Positions 1 through 12,625 of a stretch of DNA of 64,000 bases are shown one piece after another. The translations under genes were made by a program, and so were the position numbers. Within the stretch, counting starts at the first letter, position 1, and every line of letters begins with the position of its first letter. The notes under the pieces were generated by a model. That model saw only the letters and a list, made by a program, of their open reading frames with translations. It was not told where the DNA came from and made no database searches. Source of the stretch: Lepidodermella squamata (lineage: Eukaryota; Animalia; Gastrotricha); the NCBI GenBank assembly GCA_047495785.1, contig JBLDXI010000036.1, positions 62,001 to 126,000 of the forward strand. Reading direction: 5' to 3'.

Positions 1-280
1 GGTGATGATTCGCCAATTTCATGGTGATTTTATTGTAGTTCACCTCATGAAAAAAAACAACCCATAACAAAAATAGAAATATTATCGATTATCGATTATC
101 GAAAATAAAAATCATCTGATCGGCACTAACATTATATTTATGGAAAGTACTGACCACGGATGTCTCAAAAATAAAAAAAATTTCATCCCGGTTTTTTCGT
201 GTGAATTCGAGTGACCCTCTCAATTTTCCCGCCAAATTTAAAATGCGAAATTTAATAATAATTCGATTTGATAATGAAAC

Positions 281-648
281 CTCGATTTCATCAGCTGAGC
301 AGCTCGTCTTGCCAGGCAAACATCGCATGTTGATTGTTTTGTAATTGAAACAGCTTCGAGCCCACTACAAACAATTATTAATAATAATCTGAGATAGAAA
401 GAATCAAATGAAACTAACTCCAGTTTTGCACGCTGACAAAGTCGCATAGGTTCCTCCGAGCTGGGAGGAAAAAATTATTAGGAAAAATGGGGTCAAATTT
501 GGGGTACCTGATACTCCTGAAGAATCGAACACTGTGTTTTGCAGCCATTGAACGCATCGTTCGTCCTCGAGAAGCATCGCACATACGTAGAAGCATCGGC
601 TGCTTGAATCAGTGCAACGATAACGCAAATAAACGCCAATGGTATCAT
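281..648 (-). CDS. Secreted 4-Cys-module family gene (type A), 5' exons; the rest is unclear or off-window
   Basis: Exons 648-508, 460-419, 364-281 with GT-AG introns give MIPLAFICVIVALIQAADASTYVRCFSRTNDAFNGCKTQCSILQEYQ|LGGTYATLSACKTG|WARSCFNYKTINMRCLPGKTSCSADEIE. Signal peptide; colinear with the gene starting at 17367. Confidence 0.8.
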
Positions 649-966
649 CGCGGGGAAATCGTGATTTTAAAATGAATAAAGAAATAAATAACACATTGAA
701 ATGAATGAAATAAAACGCTCATTCAATTTCCGCTGCGAATTTAGGTCGCGTGTTCACGGGTTGTTTATTTCGATAAACGCCAACCCGTGGCGACTTGCCC
801 TGAATAAAGTGTCCGTTTTTTTAGTCACGGACTATGCTGTTATATTCAGGTGATGAGATAAATGTTGTGATCTCGATTAACAATGTAGAATATAGAGCCA
901 TTTTCTAGATAATAATGCTTGAACCTGCTTCGATTTATTCAAAATAACTTCTTTTTGATATTAGAC

Positions 967-1035
967 CAGCGGTTCCCAAACTTTTTGTCTCGTAGGACAC
1001 AGCAGTGTCCTATAAGAATAGCTCGTAGGACACCT
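967..1035. mobile_element. hAT/Charlie-like terminal fragment
   Basis: CAGCGGTTCCCAAACTTTT resembles hAT/Charlie termini and is followed by repeated CTCGTAGGACAC; no partner end seen. Confidence 0.4.
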
Positions 1036-1397
1036 TGATAAAATAAAGCAATTTGATTGGGAATGGATAACAAATGTTGAGTTACAAATTGATTGCTTGT
1101 GTAAATTGGTTTTTGATGGCAAGGGAGCTCAATATTTATAAAATCGCTAAAATAAATTGCGTAGACCTAATCCTGTAAATCGTAGCCAAACTGTAAAGTG
1201 TCACCTGTGCACGCACTATGTAAACAAATCGCGTAAAGTGTAAACATAAATGTGAAGCTGTAGCCAGATGTAGTAAATTGCAAGCTGAAACAATTAAATT
1301 GCCACTCTATCCAATTTTATTATTAAGAACGAGAAATTGACGAATTTTGACGACTTAATGTCCTCGCAATTAAATGAAGTCACAAATCAGACATAAA

Positions 1398-3787
1398 TTA
1401 GGCATTTCTACCCCCTCTTCCGCGCCTTCCGCCGCGGACACCACGACTTCCACGACCACCACCACGAGTACCACCACGAGCCCCACGACCGCCGATGGCC
1501 AAGCTGGTACTCTCCGGACTAGGAACAACTGAAGCAAGCCTGCCACCACGGCCACCACGGCTACCACGGCCACCACGGCTACCACGGCCACCACGGCCAC
1601 CACGGCCTCGCTTGACCGGAGCTGTAGCCCCGCTGCCTTCTTCATTTCGTTCTTCATCTTCATCAACCTCGTTTGGCTTGGCACGAGTTGGCTTTTTCGA
1701 CCGCTTGGACTGCGGCTCTTCAACAGTCACGACTTGATCGGTCTCCTGGGCCTCGTTCGGTTGCGTTTCTAGGGCGAATTGCGTCTCCTTGGGACGGCCT
1801 CGACGCCGCAATTTTTCTACCTTTTGCTTTAACCTGGCGGTGTTGGGCGGAACAAATTTCTTCGGCAAATCGCGAATCGCCACTCCAAGGGAGTGCACAC
1901 AAATGTGCTGTTTTGCGAAGGTTACGCACGAACAGGAAAATCGCTCACCATTGCGCGTAACACAGCTGTAATTAAGGAAATAATTACACAATCATAGCAA
2001 TTAAGACACAATCACTTACCAATAATCGAGAATAAAGCTTTTATAGCTATTCCACGTTGGCCACGAACACTTTTTAAGGCTTTTCATGTACGAACAAGCC
2101 TCTTGTTTTGTGATTTCGTATTTAAAATCGGCCGGAATTTTTCGGAAGTAGCGCTCCGGCTCTTTGATGACTCGATGCCATCTCGACGGTCACGTGACCA
2201 CTTTGGAATGATTTCATCGCAAATCAGATTAAGCAATTCACGCAACGGCAAGCGCTCACGCAAGGTGTGCAACTTCTTTATCAAATTATTGTACGATTCG
2301 ATGCCGTTGTTGGTAGACGGTAAACCGGGTGCGTTGCCCTCCTACCAACAAGCGCGACTGGCGTAGTCAAGCCATTGACCTTTGAAGTAATGCAGAAACC
2401 GCTCAGCCTCCGGAACTGCCTCCCATCGGTTCAAGAACAACCGACGCGCCTCGACAAACATAGCTTTTGATCGCGCGACCTGTAAAATCTTAATATCTTC
2501 TTTTACGACGTCCCTCAGCTCGGCTGGTAACAACTTCAAGTGCTTGTCCACGTTCATGTTGACATGGGCCCAGCACATCTGCTGTAACAGCTCCTCAGAA
2601 TACGCGGCCTTACCAAAAACGGCTTCAAGTGCATTAGCGATCGCATCCGCTCCGTCGCGCACCCCAACAGCAGGTTGGCGCATTGCATCGCCTTAAAGAG
2701 AAGAGCAAACATCATTCAAATTAATCACTCTCACAGCGTCTCACAAACCGGTAATAAGCGGATATTGGTCTTTTACTGCGCGGAAAATGGCCTCGAAGTC
2801 GTATTTTGTCTCGCCGCTACAAACTGCCATCGCGGTCGGATGAAACTGATTGTTCTGGTCACTAGTCCCAACCATCAAAACCGGGAAGCCCATCCAGGTC
2901 AGCTTGTATGTCCCGTCGGCATGAAATGGCCCGTCATGCTGGTGAAAGGCCAGATTGCGAGGAGAAGAAATGACTATCCGAAATTCCTGCTTATCGGTTG
3001 GGCGGAAGCTGGGCTTCGTCTCCACGTGTAACACGTGAGCTTTCTCAGGATCGGTCGGAACGATTCGGCGGGTTTCTGCAAAATCGACGAAATCCTCGAG
3101 CTTGAATGGTTCAGCGTATATTTGGCCGCCATTGCGCAATTTTCTGAGCTCATAAGCGATTTTTTCGGTTGATATCGTATCAATAATTTCGCTCAAAGCA
3201 GGAATTTTGCGAAGATAATTCTTCATGTCTTCCGGCTTTTTGATTAAAGCCATTTCATAGCCCTTGAAATTGAATGATTTTCAATTTGGATGTTGAGAAT
3301 TTAACGAAATTGAACATACTTCTTTGATTTTCTCGACCACATTTGCTGGTAGACCACGGCCATATGACTCATGCCCAGAGTGGTCGCATTCAGTCGCGTA
3401 CAGTGAGACCGCCTGCTTGTCTGGGTGTAGGTGGTAGCAGATTTCGGCAAAACACGTCCGGCCAGCGCCACCGCCGCCCCGGCCACCCAACGGGCAATGA
3501 CGCTGATGTTTGGTCGTTCCATCTTTTAGGACTGTGACCTTACTGTAGCTCCAGTCACTGAACCCATGTTCGGCTGCCATGGCCTTGGCATGCTCATGCG
3601 CCAGATCGTAACTGTCGAATGTTTGCACGTGAAACCAGGTCCTCTTGGTCACTGTTTTAGCCGGCTGTTCGGCCGGTCCCATAAGGTTCTCGTTGTCGTG
3701 GTCTTGGTCTCGGCCATCAACATTTTCCGCCTCGGCATCTCCTTCCAACACAATGTCCTCCGGGTCAAGATCGTATTGCTCATCCAT
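1398..3787 (-). pseudogene. Mutator-like (MULE) DDE transposase with N-terminal Zn-binding domain, SWIM finger, AT-hook and RGG tail; decayed
   Basis: FHADGTYKLTWMGFPVL (D1), VRDGADAIANA (D2), CWAH, STNNGIES (E); SWIM CSCVTFAKQHICVH; RRRGRPK. Introns at about 3319-3263 and 2753-2693; in-frame TAG at 2342-2344 (CW*EG) and a further break near 2084-2020. Confidence 0.9.
1543..1608. repeat. 9-bp tandem repeat (ACCACGGCY)n encoding the RGG/RGS tail
   Basis: About 7 copies visible directly. Confidence 0.85.
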
Positions 3788-4116
3788 GACAAGTTTACGT
3801 TATTTCAATTATCAACTGCGATTTTATGAGTGTGGATTACAGCTTGCGGTTTTCGGCGGCGACTTGAAGTTTCGCGCTACGATTTACACGCTTTGTCCAC
3901 AAAACACTGGTTAAGGTGGCGCATCGCATGTTTTGTTTACACTTTGCGGATTAAGGTAGCGCGCGCACACACTTTGAATGACACTTGTCAATTTTGAGAG
4001 ACTACACGTCTTGACTACGCAACTTAGGCCACCCTTATAAAATCCCGGTTAACGCCAGCGAAGCGAGACAATTTTTAGAATTCGACACTGAAAAACGACG
4101 CATAACATTTTAAAAA

Positions 4117-4663
4117 GCTCAATTCCGGGCCCATATTAGACCATCTTCCGGCCACTAACCCAACACCCGCAATCGAATCGATTGCACCACAGGTTCCGCA
4201 TGAATAACAGTCACAAATAATTTAACTGATTCGCATGAAACAAGTCCTGATTTTCAACAAATTTAAAACCGCACGCAAAGATGTTGAAGGGTTACTTTCA
4301 AATATCGCGTCGGTATTTATGCCAACAAATAATTCGGACAATTCTCTATCGATTGAATATATGGTGTTCTCGCTCGAAAAAATTGAAATAAAAAATATTT
4401 ACGCGTACCTTAAATTTTGCGCGCTAGTTGAGAGCGCGCGCACGCGCAAATGGAAAGTTGGAGTGCTCGTAAAACCTTTTAATTTAAATTTTTCTCGCGA
4501 GATGCCAGAAACCGCTAGAATATTTGACATCAGCGCGCGCGGCCGAAATGTTGTATAAAATTTTCGACTTGTCGTTCGCGCGCGCACAAGTCCATTTTTA
4601 CCCTCTAATTGCGCAACCGACGCTTGGGAGCCGGACGGAACTAATATGGGCCCGGAATTGAGC
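4117..4663. mobile_element. Mutator-like MITE (family M1)
   Basis: TIR GCTCAATTCCGGGCCCATATTAG / CTAATATGGGCCCGGAATTGAGC, flanked by 9-bp ATTTTAAAA on both sides. Internal sequence matches 53316-53948 in inverted orientation. Confidence 0.8.
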
Positions 4664-4986
4664 ATTTTAAAATGAGGTAACGCCTTGGGGTTTTTCCAGA
4701 AATGCACTCATCAATTATGAAAGTTCAACTAATCATGTCGTTAGGTGCAATCTGTAACGTTTTTAAATAACAGGGGAGATAGGCCAGTTTCAAAAATTCT
4801 ATCATTTATTGTCTCAGAGATTCAGCCATACCACGCGGAAAACCGGTTCCCGTCCGGAGGATTTCATAAAATAATTTATAAATTATTCAAGTAAACCTAA
4901 AAATTCTTTGAATTCAAGATTTTCAGGCATGTTATTCTTTTTATCGCTTTTGTGCGTACCCCCTAGCACTCAGACCTAGTCGGAAC

Positions 4987-5340
4987 CCTGAGAGCACCTG
5001 ATACTCTTGAAGAATCAAGCATTGGGGTTTGCTGCCATTGAATGCGTCATTCGTCCGCACGTACGTAGCAGCATCGGCTGACTGAATGAGACCGATAATA
5101 ACACAAATAATAGCCAATGTTGTCATTCATGTAAAATCGTGATTTTAAAATTAAAAAAAAAAAATGAATGAAATAAAACGCTCATTTAATTTCTGCTGCG
5201 AATTTGAGTCGCGTGTACAGGGGTTGCTTATTTCGATAAACGGCATCACATGGCTTGCTCAGACTAAGGTGTCCGTTTTTGAGTCACGGACAAGCATGTT
5301 AAATTCTCAAAGGGATGAGATGAGTTTCGATTAACGATGT
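4987..5340 (-). pseudogene. Orphan exon 1 plus upstream region of a type A 4-Cys gene
   Basis: MTTLAIICVIIGLIQSADAATYVR(CFSR deleted)TNDAFNGSKPQCLILQEYQ from ATG 5126; 5130-5340 is homologous to 655-890; no downstream exons found. Confidence 0.75.
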
Positions 5341-6114
5341 ACAGCAAAACTACTTTCCTTACCTTCGCTACCCAGGACTCTTATCTTATCACAAAAACAA
5401 CTTTCATCCTTTTCTTTTTCTTTTAACCATAAACGGAAATAGGTACGATTTTTTAGGAAATTTCGAATCAAACCATCGCGTATTTTTGATCAAACCGAAA
5501 CAGATGATTTGGAGTAGTTTCGATCGATTCGAAAGCGCCGAGGATTCGATGAGGTCCATCATTATTTAGCGATAATTAACGCTTCGTTATTAGACTGCTG
5601 TGGGTCGTGGCCTGGCAAGAATTGTGATCATTTCCGCTTTATTGCACTTCCGCTTATTGGCTCTCATTTCAACTTTGAACATTTTGAAAACCGAAACGAA
5701 TGGAAAATTGGAGAAACGTTGCAACGATAACCTACGCTTCTAATCTACTAGCGGCCGCTGAACGGTTTCACTACGAAAGGGAAACCTCTTGAGTCTTGAG
5801 TTATATCGGTTATAGAAGTGTTCAACGTCTTTTTCAAAACGTTTTTGGAATGTACAAAATTTGGAATGTTTTGACAATTTGACCTCACCGACATTTTTAT
5901 TGCGTTATTGGTGATGCCACGTAGCAGTCGCGTGCCCAGCTAGCGTATATGTATTCTCGTTTTTTTCCATCCTTGAATTATTTTATTTTCGTTCCAATCG
6001 CGTAGTTGATTTTCATTGCGCAGTTAGCTTCGTGTCAATTTGTTATGAAAGACTTTTCAACTTCAATTGCAAGTTTGTGTGTATCTTTAGACCTACAATT
6101 TTAATCTTGAAAAA

Positions 6115-6754
6115 ATGGATACAGGGGTGTTGGATCTATCGCGAAAAAAGGCGACTATCATTTCAATTACCACGATAGCACCATGGGCTTCCAAGGTAGC
6201 AGAGTCAAACTTGGTCACATTCAGCTCAGAGCGTAGATCAGCTTTTCAACCTTACTCAACGACTCGAACCCCATGTGAAACTGCACCATTTAGTTCCGAA
6301 GATTCCCAGAGGCTGCTGGTAAGGTTCAGTAAATTTTATTATCACGTTGCTGATCATCTTGTTCTTACAGGTCAACCCTTTATCCGAATCTTGCGTCGAA
6401 TTGGAGTCAAATTTGAACACCAAGAAGCCTTTGAATTCAGTTTTTGTATGCGATTACTGTCCCAAACGCCGGGTTTATACCACGCGTAACGGCTTTCGGC
6501 TTCACGTTAGAGCGCGCCATTTCGAGAAATTTGCCATGACGTGCTTCACGTGTTCGCGGCTGTTTGAGAACGCCGCTCAGCTGCGAATTCACTTGTATCA
6601 GCACAGGAGATCAGCACAGCTTTCGACCAAACGAGGCTCGGCAGCATCGCAAGTAAATTTCTCGCCCAAAGGCTCTTTGAACTCGGAGATTTATTCCCCT
6701 GATCGAGTCTCGCCAAGTTCAACCATTGATGATGAATTTATAGAGGTTGATTGA
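6115..6754 (+). CDS. Two-finger C2H2 zinc-finger protein (~195 aa)
   Basis: Exons 6115-6318 and 6371-6754 (GTAAGG...TTACAG, phase 0). Fingers CDYC..HVRARH and CFTC..HLYQH; N-terminal VLDLS; AATAAA near 6814. Confidence 0.85.
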
Positions 6755-8653
6755 AACGAATCCAGATGAGAATTATTGGAAAAATTGTTGATATGACTCA
6801 AATTTACTCGAATAATAAAAGCTTTATAGCGCCTTAATTTCTAAATGGTTTTTGAAGAGTTTTGAGTTTAAGATTAGTTAGAACCTAAAATCCAACTATC
6901 ATGGGAAGGTTGGTTCGGAAACCTTATTCCAGCCTTGCCACTGGAACCTTTTCGGTCAATCGCCTTAAAAAAGGCTGAAAATCTCATGGCTTATCGAATT
7001 TTATGAAATTATAGCTCTTCAACCATAATTTTTGAGGTTGTCAAACTCGACCTCGTTGACTATGCCTTCGTAGGATGAGCAAGTTAGATTAAGGTAGTAA
7101 TACTAACCAAAACAATATAAAATTCAGCTGGCAGCAGTGTTCCGATTTTTGCCCACTGGACCACGCTCAGTGGCAGACACAAAAAAATATTCCTTATTAA
7201 AACCGTTGAGAAAAGGGGTAGGGGTATAGTTAATTGGCGTACACTTTTACCTTATGAACCTTATGAAGCCAGCCAGGTTTAGGGATTTCCCGAGTTGAAA
7301 ATTCGCAAATTCGTGCTTTCATATCGAAAATTTGCTCGCTTCGCTCGCTGATATCTATTTTCCTTTTGTTTTCCATTCTCCTAAGCCAACAGTTCCCATT
7401 CTCATTAGACCCAATTTTCAATGATCTGGGATCTGGAATCGGTCCGGAAGGAAGTTAGGAGACCGAAAATTCCTTCCTTTTTATAGAAAAAACCAGCTTC
7501 GAGATGCTCATTTTTCGCATTTTCAGAGGCGAATCGCCGAAAAATCGGCTCGCTACGCTCGCATTCTAGTCCATTTCGTTTGTTTCCCTGATTTCATAAA
7601 AGGCAATATAAAAGACCTTACTCCTTACTCCCCTAGAACAGCATTGAAGACTTCAGGCTTTCAGCTTTGGGAAATAGCATCTGCAATTTTTCAATCGCCT
7701 ATTACCTAGTTTCGCGAATTATGCGAACTTCGAACCAATCTACAGCAGCTTAGCGAAAAAAACGAAAAGAAATCAAAGAAATTCCGAATTGGCGTACACT
7801 TTTTCGCAATTTTTTTCCAGTGGCAGACACTGTCGAGTCGCGAAAAAAAATCGGAGGACTGGCTGGCAGACAGGCAAGCTTTGGTCATTATCCTGGGGGA
7901 AAACGTTTTTCATCCGTCTTCCGAATTCCGAAAGTCGCACACTGGTGATTTGGTTTCATTATGTTATAAATAAGGCTATATTAAGAAAACAATTATAGCT
8001 TGATCAAATTCAGGTTCATGAATTGATGGGCATGTCTTGAACTTCGGCAAAAGAAAAACCAAGGCCATTCCAATGACTTTCGAATTGCCCCTTGCAGGGA
8101 GAGAAGTAGCGGAGAGACTGGGAGTACGGTACTCCCAGTTCACCCGGCCTCAGTGCTCCGAGTACGGGGGAGAAGAGGGGTAAACAAACCTCTTTTTCGT
8201 CTTCCTCATTTTAGTTCATTCATTTTTCATTCAGGTATCCTCATTTTCGTAAATCTCGTCTTGCTCCGTTCAGATTGGAATTTATTTTTAATTTACTTGG
8301 GTAGCATTTCAACCCATCTTTCAACCCATCTGTCTCTCAGAAACATGGTATACTTTTGAGAGACAACATTGAATCAGTTCCTATGATGGGAGTAAATTTT
8401 TCGTGAAGCTTTGATGACATCCTTGCCTTTTAACTATTAATTCCGTTTCAAGTGACTTTAGGAAGTTGGATCAAGTATCATTTTATAAACCCTCATTTTC
8501 CGACTTCTGCTCCGAAAAAACCGATGGCAATTGAGTCCGTGGATATACTTTTAAAACAATAAAGCATTTTTAGATTTCGATTTCCGATACTTTGAAGTTA
8601 CTCTGGCCTTTTGGATCATAAGGATTTTATTCATGTTTCATTTAAACGTGATA

Positions 8654-8880
8654 CTGTATACGACGTAATTTTCGTTGTGTTTTTATTTTCGTGATTTGGG
8701 GTTTGGGGCCTGTACTTTAATTTTCGTGGGTTTTATTTTCGTGGTTACATCTGGCAACGAAAATGAAATAAATGGAGGTTTTAAATTTCGTGGTTTTTAT
8801 TTTCGTGGTTTTTGACCTCGATAACGAAAATTTCCGCCATAACGAAAATTAAGTCGCAACGAAAATTACGTCGTATACAG
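8654..8880. mobile_element. Tc1/mariner-type MITE
   Basis: 24-bp TIR CTGTATACGACGTAATTTTCGTTG with TA TSD (8652-53, 8881-82); the paralogous site near 21455 is empty. Confidence 0.9.
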
Positions 8881-9223
8881 TACTATTTGTTTTATTTTTT
8901 TATTCATGAGTTTCATATCCATGAAAAATGAAATCGTTGGAAAGCTCAGCTTCCCATTCTATGGAGATGCAAGATGAATAAGATTCAACGAAGTAGAGAT
9001 ACAAGAGTTCTCTGTAATACCGGCGAACCTCTCCCTGAGATTATGGTATGTTTTGAAAATTCAGCGCGTTTCTGGCAGATATGATATGACGAGCGACCGC
9101 GGTATCGCCGATTTCTTATCGCTGAAACTGCAGAGAATGAGTCTGATAATAATGTCACTCATTTATTGAAATGTTGTTCCTATTTCTGCCTGCTTTTCAC
9201 TCTTTCACAATTTCAGCTTTGTG

Positions 9224-11704
9224 ATGAATATGGAACCAAGGACGTATCGATCAATATCGGAGTTCACTGTTGTTAAACTCTTGTGTTATGGCCGTCTACG
9301 ACAATCTTATTTGTACCAACGTAAAGCGAGCCCTCAGGAGCAACTGGTTATCAAAGAAACCAACTTGACAAGCCTTCGCAAGGAATTTGAGAAAGACTTT
9401 GACAGAATTGCTGAAATTCTCCACGAAAGAGTGAGTTTCCGTCAATTAAGGCATCTGAAATGGTCGCCGTTTTTCTAATTTGAATTATCGTCATAGTTGA
9501 AATGAGATTACTTTTTATCGAATTTACTTTATCTCAAGTTTGAAAAATTTCGAATTTCAGGATTTGTTAATGGTCAATATCAGCCATGCCAACATTGTCA
9601 AAGTGTTTGCCACTTTTGAAGGTAACTTCCTACTTCCCTTAGTTCGCAGTAATAGTTTTCCAACTATAGAGACATATTCTGGTCAAGAGTTTTCTTCTCG
9701 CAACTGCATGATGAAATATTTAATGATGGAGTTGTGTGGAGGAGGAAGTTTTGAAAGCCTTATCGGGACTGAGACAGTACCCATCCCGGAAATTATGCTT
9801 CAAATTTGGTCCCGTCAAGTCGTATCAGCTTTGGCGTATCTTCACGGTCGAAGTATCGTTCATCGCAACATAACGACGAGCAACTTACTACTTACCGAAG
9901 ACCGTGGCACAGCGAAACTAGCTGACTTGGGAATCATCGAGAAATTAGACACGTAAGGCTGAAAAGGGGCATTCAACCGTTTTTATATGAGATTTTATAT
10001 CCCAAAAAGTGGCTCCAAAATCTCTGCTCTAGCGAAGTGGAGCACTTCACCTCCTGAGGTATGGAACGATGAACCGAAATCACCTGCAAGTGATGTTTGG
10101 TCGTTGGGATTTGCGCTCTTCAAATTAGCCAACTTCAAAGAACCAGTATGAGAAAGAAGAACCTACGAGATCATGTAGAACAAGTTTTATTATTTTTTCA
10201 GTTCATCTCGAGGGTGGATATTTTGAGGTAAACCGACAAGTTGAATTCAGTTTTAGCAAGCTGAAATTTGTTATATTTTAGTAATAATATGAAGCCGTTT
10301 GACCAGTCCGGCGGCTATTCAGATGAATTTCGGGATTTTGTCGTGCCGATGCTAGCCGCGACTCCTGGCGATCGACCGACCTCAACTCAGCTTCAACAGA
10401 ACAGTTTTCTGTTGAAATCAGCACACATGCGGTATACGAAGGTATGATTGAAAGTCTATAGATGGCAACTGAATTGTTACAACCATGCATATTCTTCAGC
10501 CCGACCAATCAGTCGCCGAACCCAACAAAGATGCTGTTAGGGTATATTCGGAATATTGTACATATTTCACAGTTGATCCATGCGGTGTACATTAAAATTA
10601 CTAGGAGCTGTTTGACTGCGTATGTCGGCGGAAAGACTTGTTGAAATTGGTGCAGTTACTGTCGAACAGTGATCTCGGTCTTAGCGCTAACTGCAAAGAC
10701 GAAAAGGGGTGTCCTCTGTTGTACCTTGCTGCCCGGGAAGGCTGCAACCACTTTGTGGAAATTCTGGTCAGGCAGTTTGAGGCAGACATTGGGTTTTGTA
10801 ATGCAAATGGCTGGACGGCACTGCACATCGCCGCACGGGAGGGCCACGTCGACGTGGTGAGGATGTTGGCTTGCGAGTTCCACGCCGACGTGAATATGGC
10901 CGACAAAGATGGCTCGACGCCACTGTACGCTGCCGCCTGGAGTGGCCAGGTCGAGGTGGTGAGGTGTTGGCTGGCGAGTTCCACGCCGACGTGAATATGG
11001 CCAACAAAGATGGCTCGACGCCACTGTACGCTGCCGCCTGGTATGGCCACGTCGAGGTGGTGAGGGTGTTGGCTGGCGAGTTCCACGCCGACGTGAATAT
11101 GGCCGACAAAGATGGCTCGACGCCACTGTACGCTGCCGCCTGGTATGGCCACGTCGAGGTGGTGAGGGTGTTGGCTGGCGAGTTCCACGCCGACGTGAAT
11201 ATGGCCGACAAAGATGGCTCGACGCCATTGGACATCGCCGCCACCTGGTATGGCCTCGTTGAAGTGGTGAGGATCTTAGCTGGCGAGTTCCACGCCGACG
11301 TGAATAAGGCCGACGAAGAAGGCAGGACGCCACTTTTCGGCGCCGCCTGGTATGGCCGCGTCGAGGTGGTGAGGATGTTGGCTTGCGAGTTCCACGCCGA
11401 CGTGAATATGGCCGACAAAGATGGCGAAACGCCACTGTACGTCGCCGCCAGGAATGGCCACGTCGAGGTGGTGAGGATGTTGGCTGGCGAGTTCCACGCC
11501 GACGTGAATATGGCCAACAAAGATGGCTGGACGCCACTGTACGTCGCCGCCTTGAATGGCCACGTCGAGGTGGTGAGGATGTTGGCTGGCGAGTTCAATG
11601 CCGACGTGAATAAGGCCGACAATGGTGGCTGGACGCCACTGCGCCTCGCTGTCTCATTAGGCCACGTCGCAATAGCCGAAGTGCTCCGCGTGGCTAGTCG
11701 CTAA
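9224..11704 (+). pseudogene. Pseudokinase + 10 ankyrin repeats, copy 1 (frameshifted)
   Basis: Same 7-exon structure as copy 2; VIKE, HRN, DLG, PPE and SDVWSLG motifs. A 1-nt deletion near 10963 (GAGGTGTT vs GAGGGTGTT) splits the ankyrin ORF. Confidence 0.85.
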
Positions 11705-12625
11705 GCTTTCTGCTGATTAAGGATTAAGCGCAACATCATCGAAATACTCAAACAGACAACATCAAAATAGCTCATCGTCAAATGTTCACCTAGACACACA
11801 ATGACTCGTTAATGTCTCGGCAAACTTCAGCGAAACTACATAGAAAATGATGTAGTAATAAATCGCTATAGTCCTATAGCTATAATAAAGCACAAAACTG
11901 TATCCCAGAGAAAATGGGCTCGAATATCGCTGAATAAAAACGAATCTGTATGCGTCATTTTCTTTTGCGAGTGTAAAGACGCTAGAACTGCGAAGACCTA
12001 GCCATGGAATGCGAATGCTGCGACGCAACTTCAACTTTGAGGAAAGCGCACCTGGTATTTTAATTTTATCATATCAAGAAAAATACAGTTGAGTGATATC
12101 CACGTTAGGCTCATCAGCCGCTAATAAAATTCGAATAAAAGCATTCAAATTTGAGGTTTGGAAATATGCTGATCGTAGAGAACCGTGAATCGGACGGTTA
12201 ACGGAACACAATTTTGCATTAAAATTGTATTTGCTTAATTTTTTTTTAGATTCTGATAAATTATGAGAAATCTATATCGGGCGGGCGTTCGAATAATTCA
12301 AATAGTGCGGTCGAAAAATGCTGGGATAAAACCCTCGGCAGCCTGAAAACATCACCTTCCAATTTGAAGGCATCTTTGATAGTTTGATAATGATTGTCGA
12401 ACCGATTCGGCAGCTGGTAGCCGACATTATCTCGATGCTACAATAACGCTGCGACTGAGGCAGGGCTAAATGCTGATATTTGCATCGCACTTGATGATTG
12501 CCCGGACGACGAAGAAACTGTTCATGCCGTGGTTGAGACACTTGAAAGCGAGAATCGTTACCAGGACCAACGCGTAGTTGTGATCCTAAGTGATTATTAT
12601 CCTATTATCCTATTATGTTTGACTA

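Larger units (their letters stand above)
1125..4045. mobile_element. Approximate extent of the MULE element
   Basis: Inverted subterminal motifs flank the transposase (GTAAATCGTAGC ~1175 vs GCTACGATTTAC ~3876; AAAGTGTAAACA ~1235 vs TGTTTACACTTT ~3934). Exact TIRs and TSD not resolved. Confidence 0.45.

Noticed and set aside
1370-1737. Val/Ala-rich and Pro/Arg-rich ORFs
   Set aside because: Alternative frames of the 9-bp RGG repeat in the transposase.
10601-11622. Long antisense and alternative-frame ORFs over the ankyrin exons (also 23236-24104 and 37044-37912)
   Set aside because: Expected shadows of GC-rich 102-bp repeats; no independent domain signal.
10850-11640. Regular repeats that might look like a CRISPR array
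   Set aside because: They are in-frame coding ankyrin repeats with no unique spacers or cas genes, in eukaryotic DNA.
12272-12590. Possible further exon of the 17367 gene
   Set aside because: No frame resembles the family modules; unsupported.
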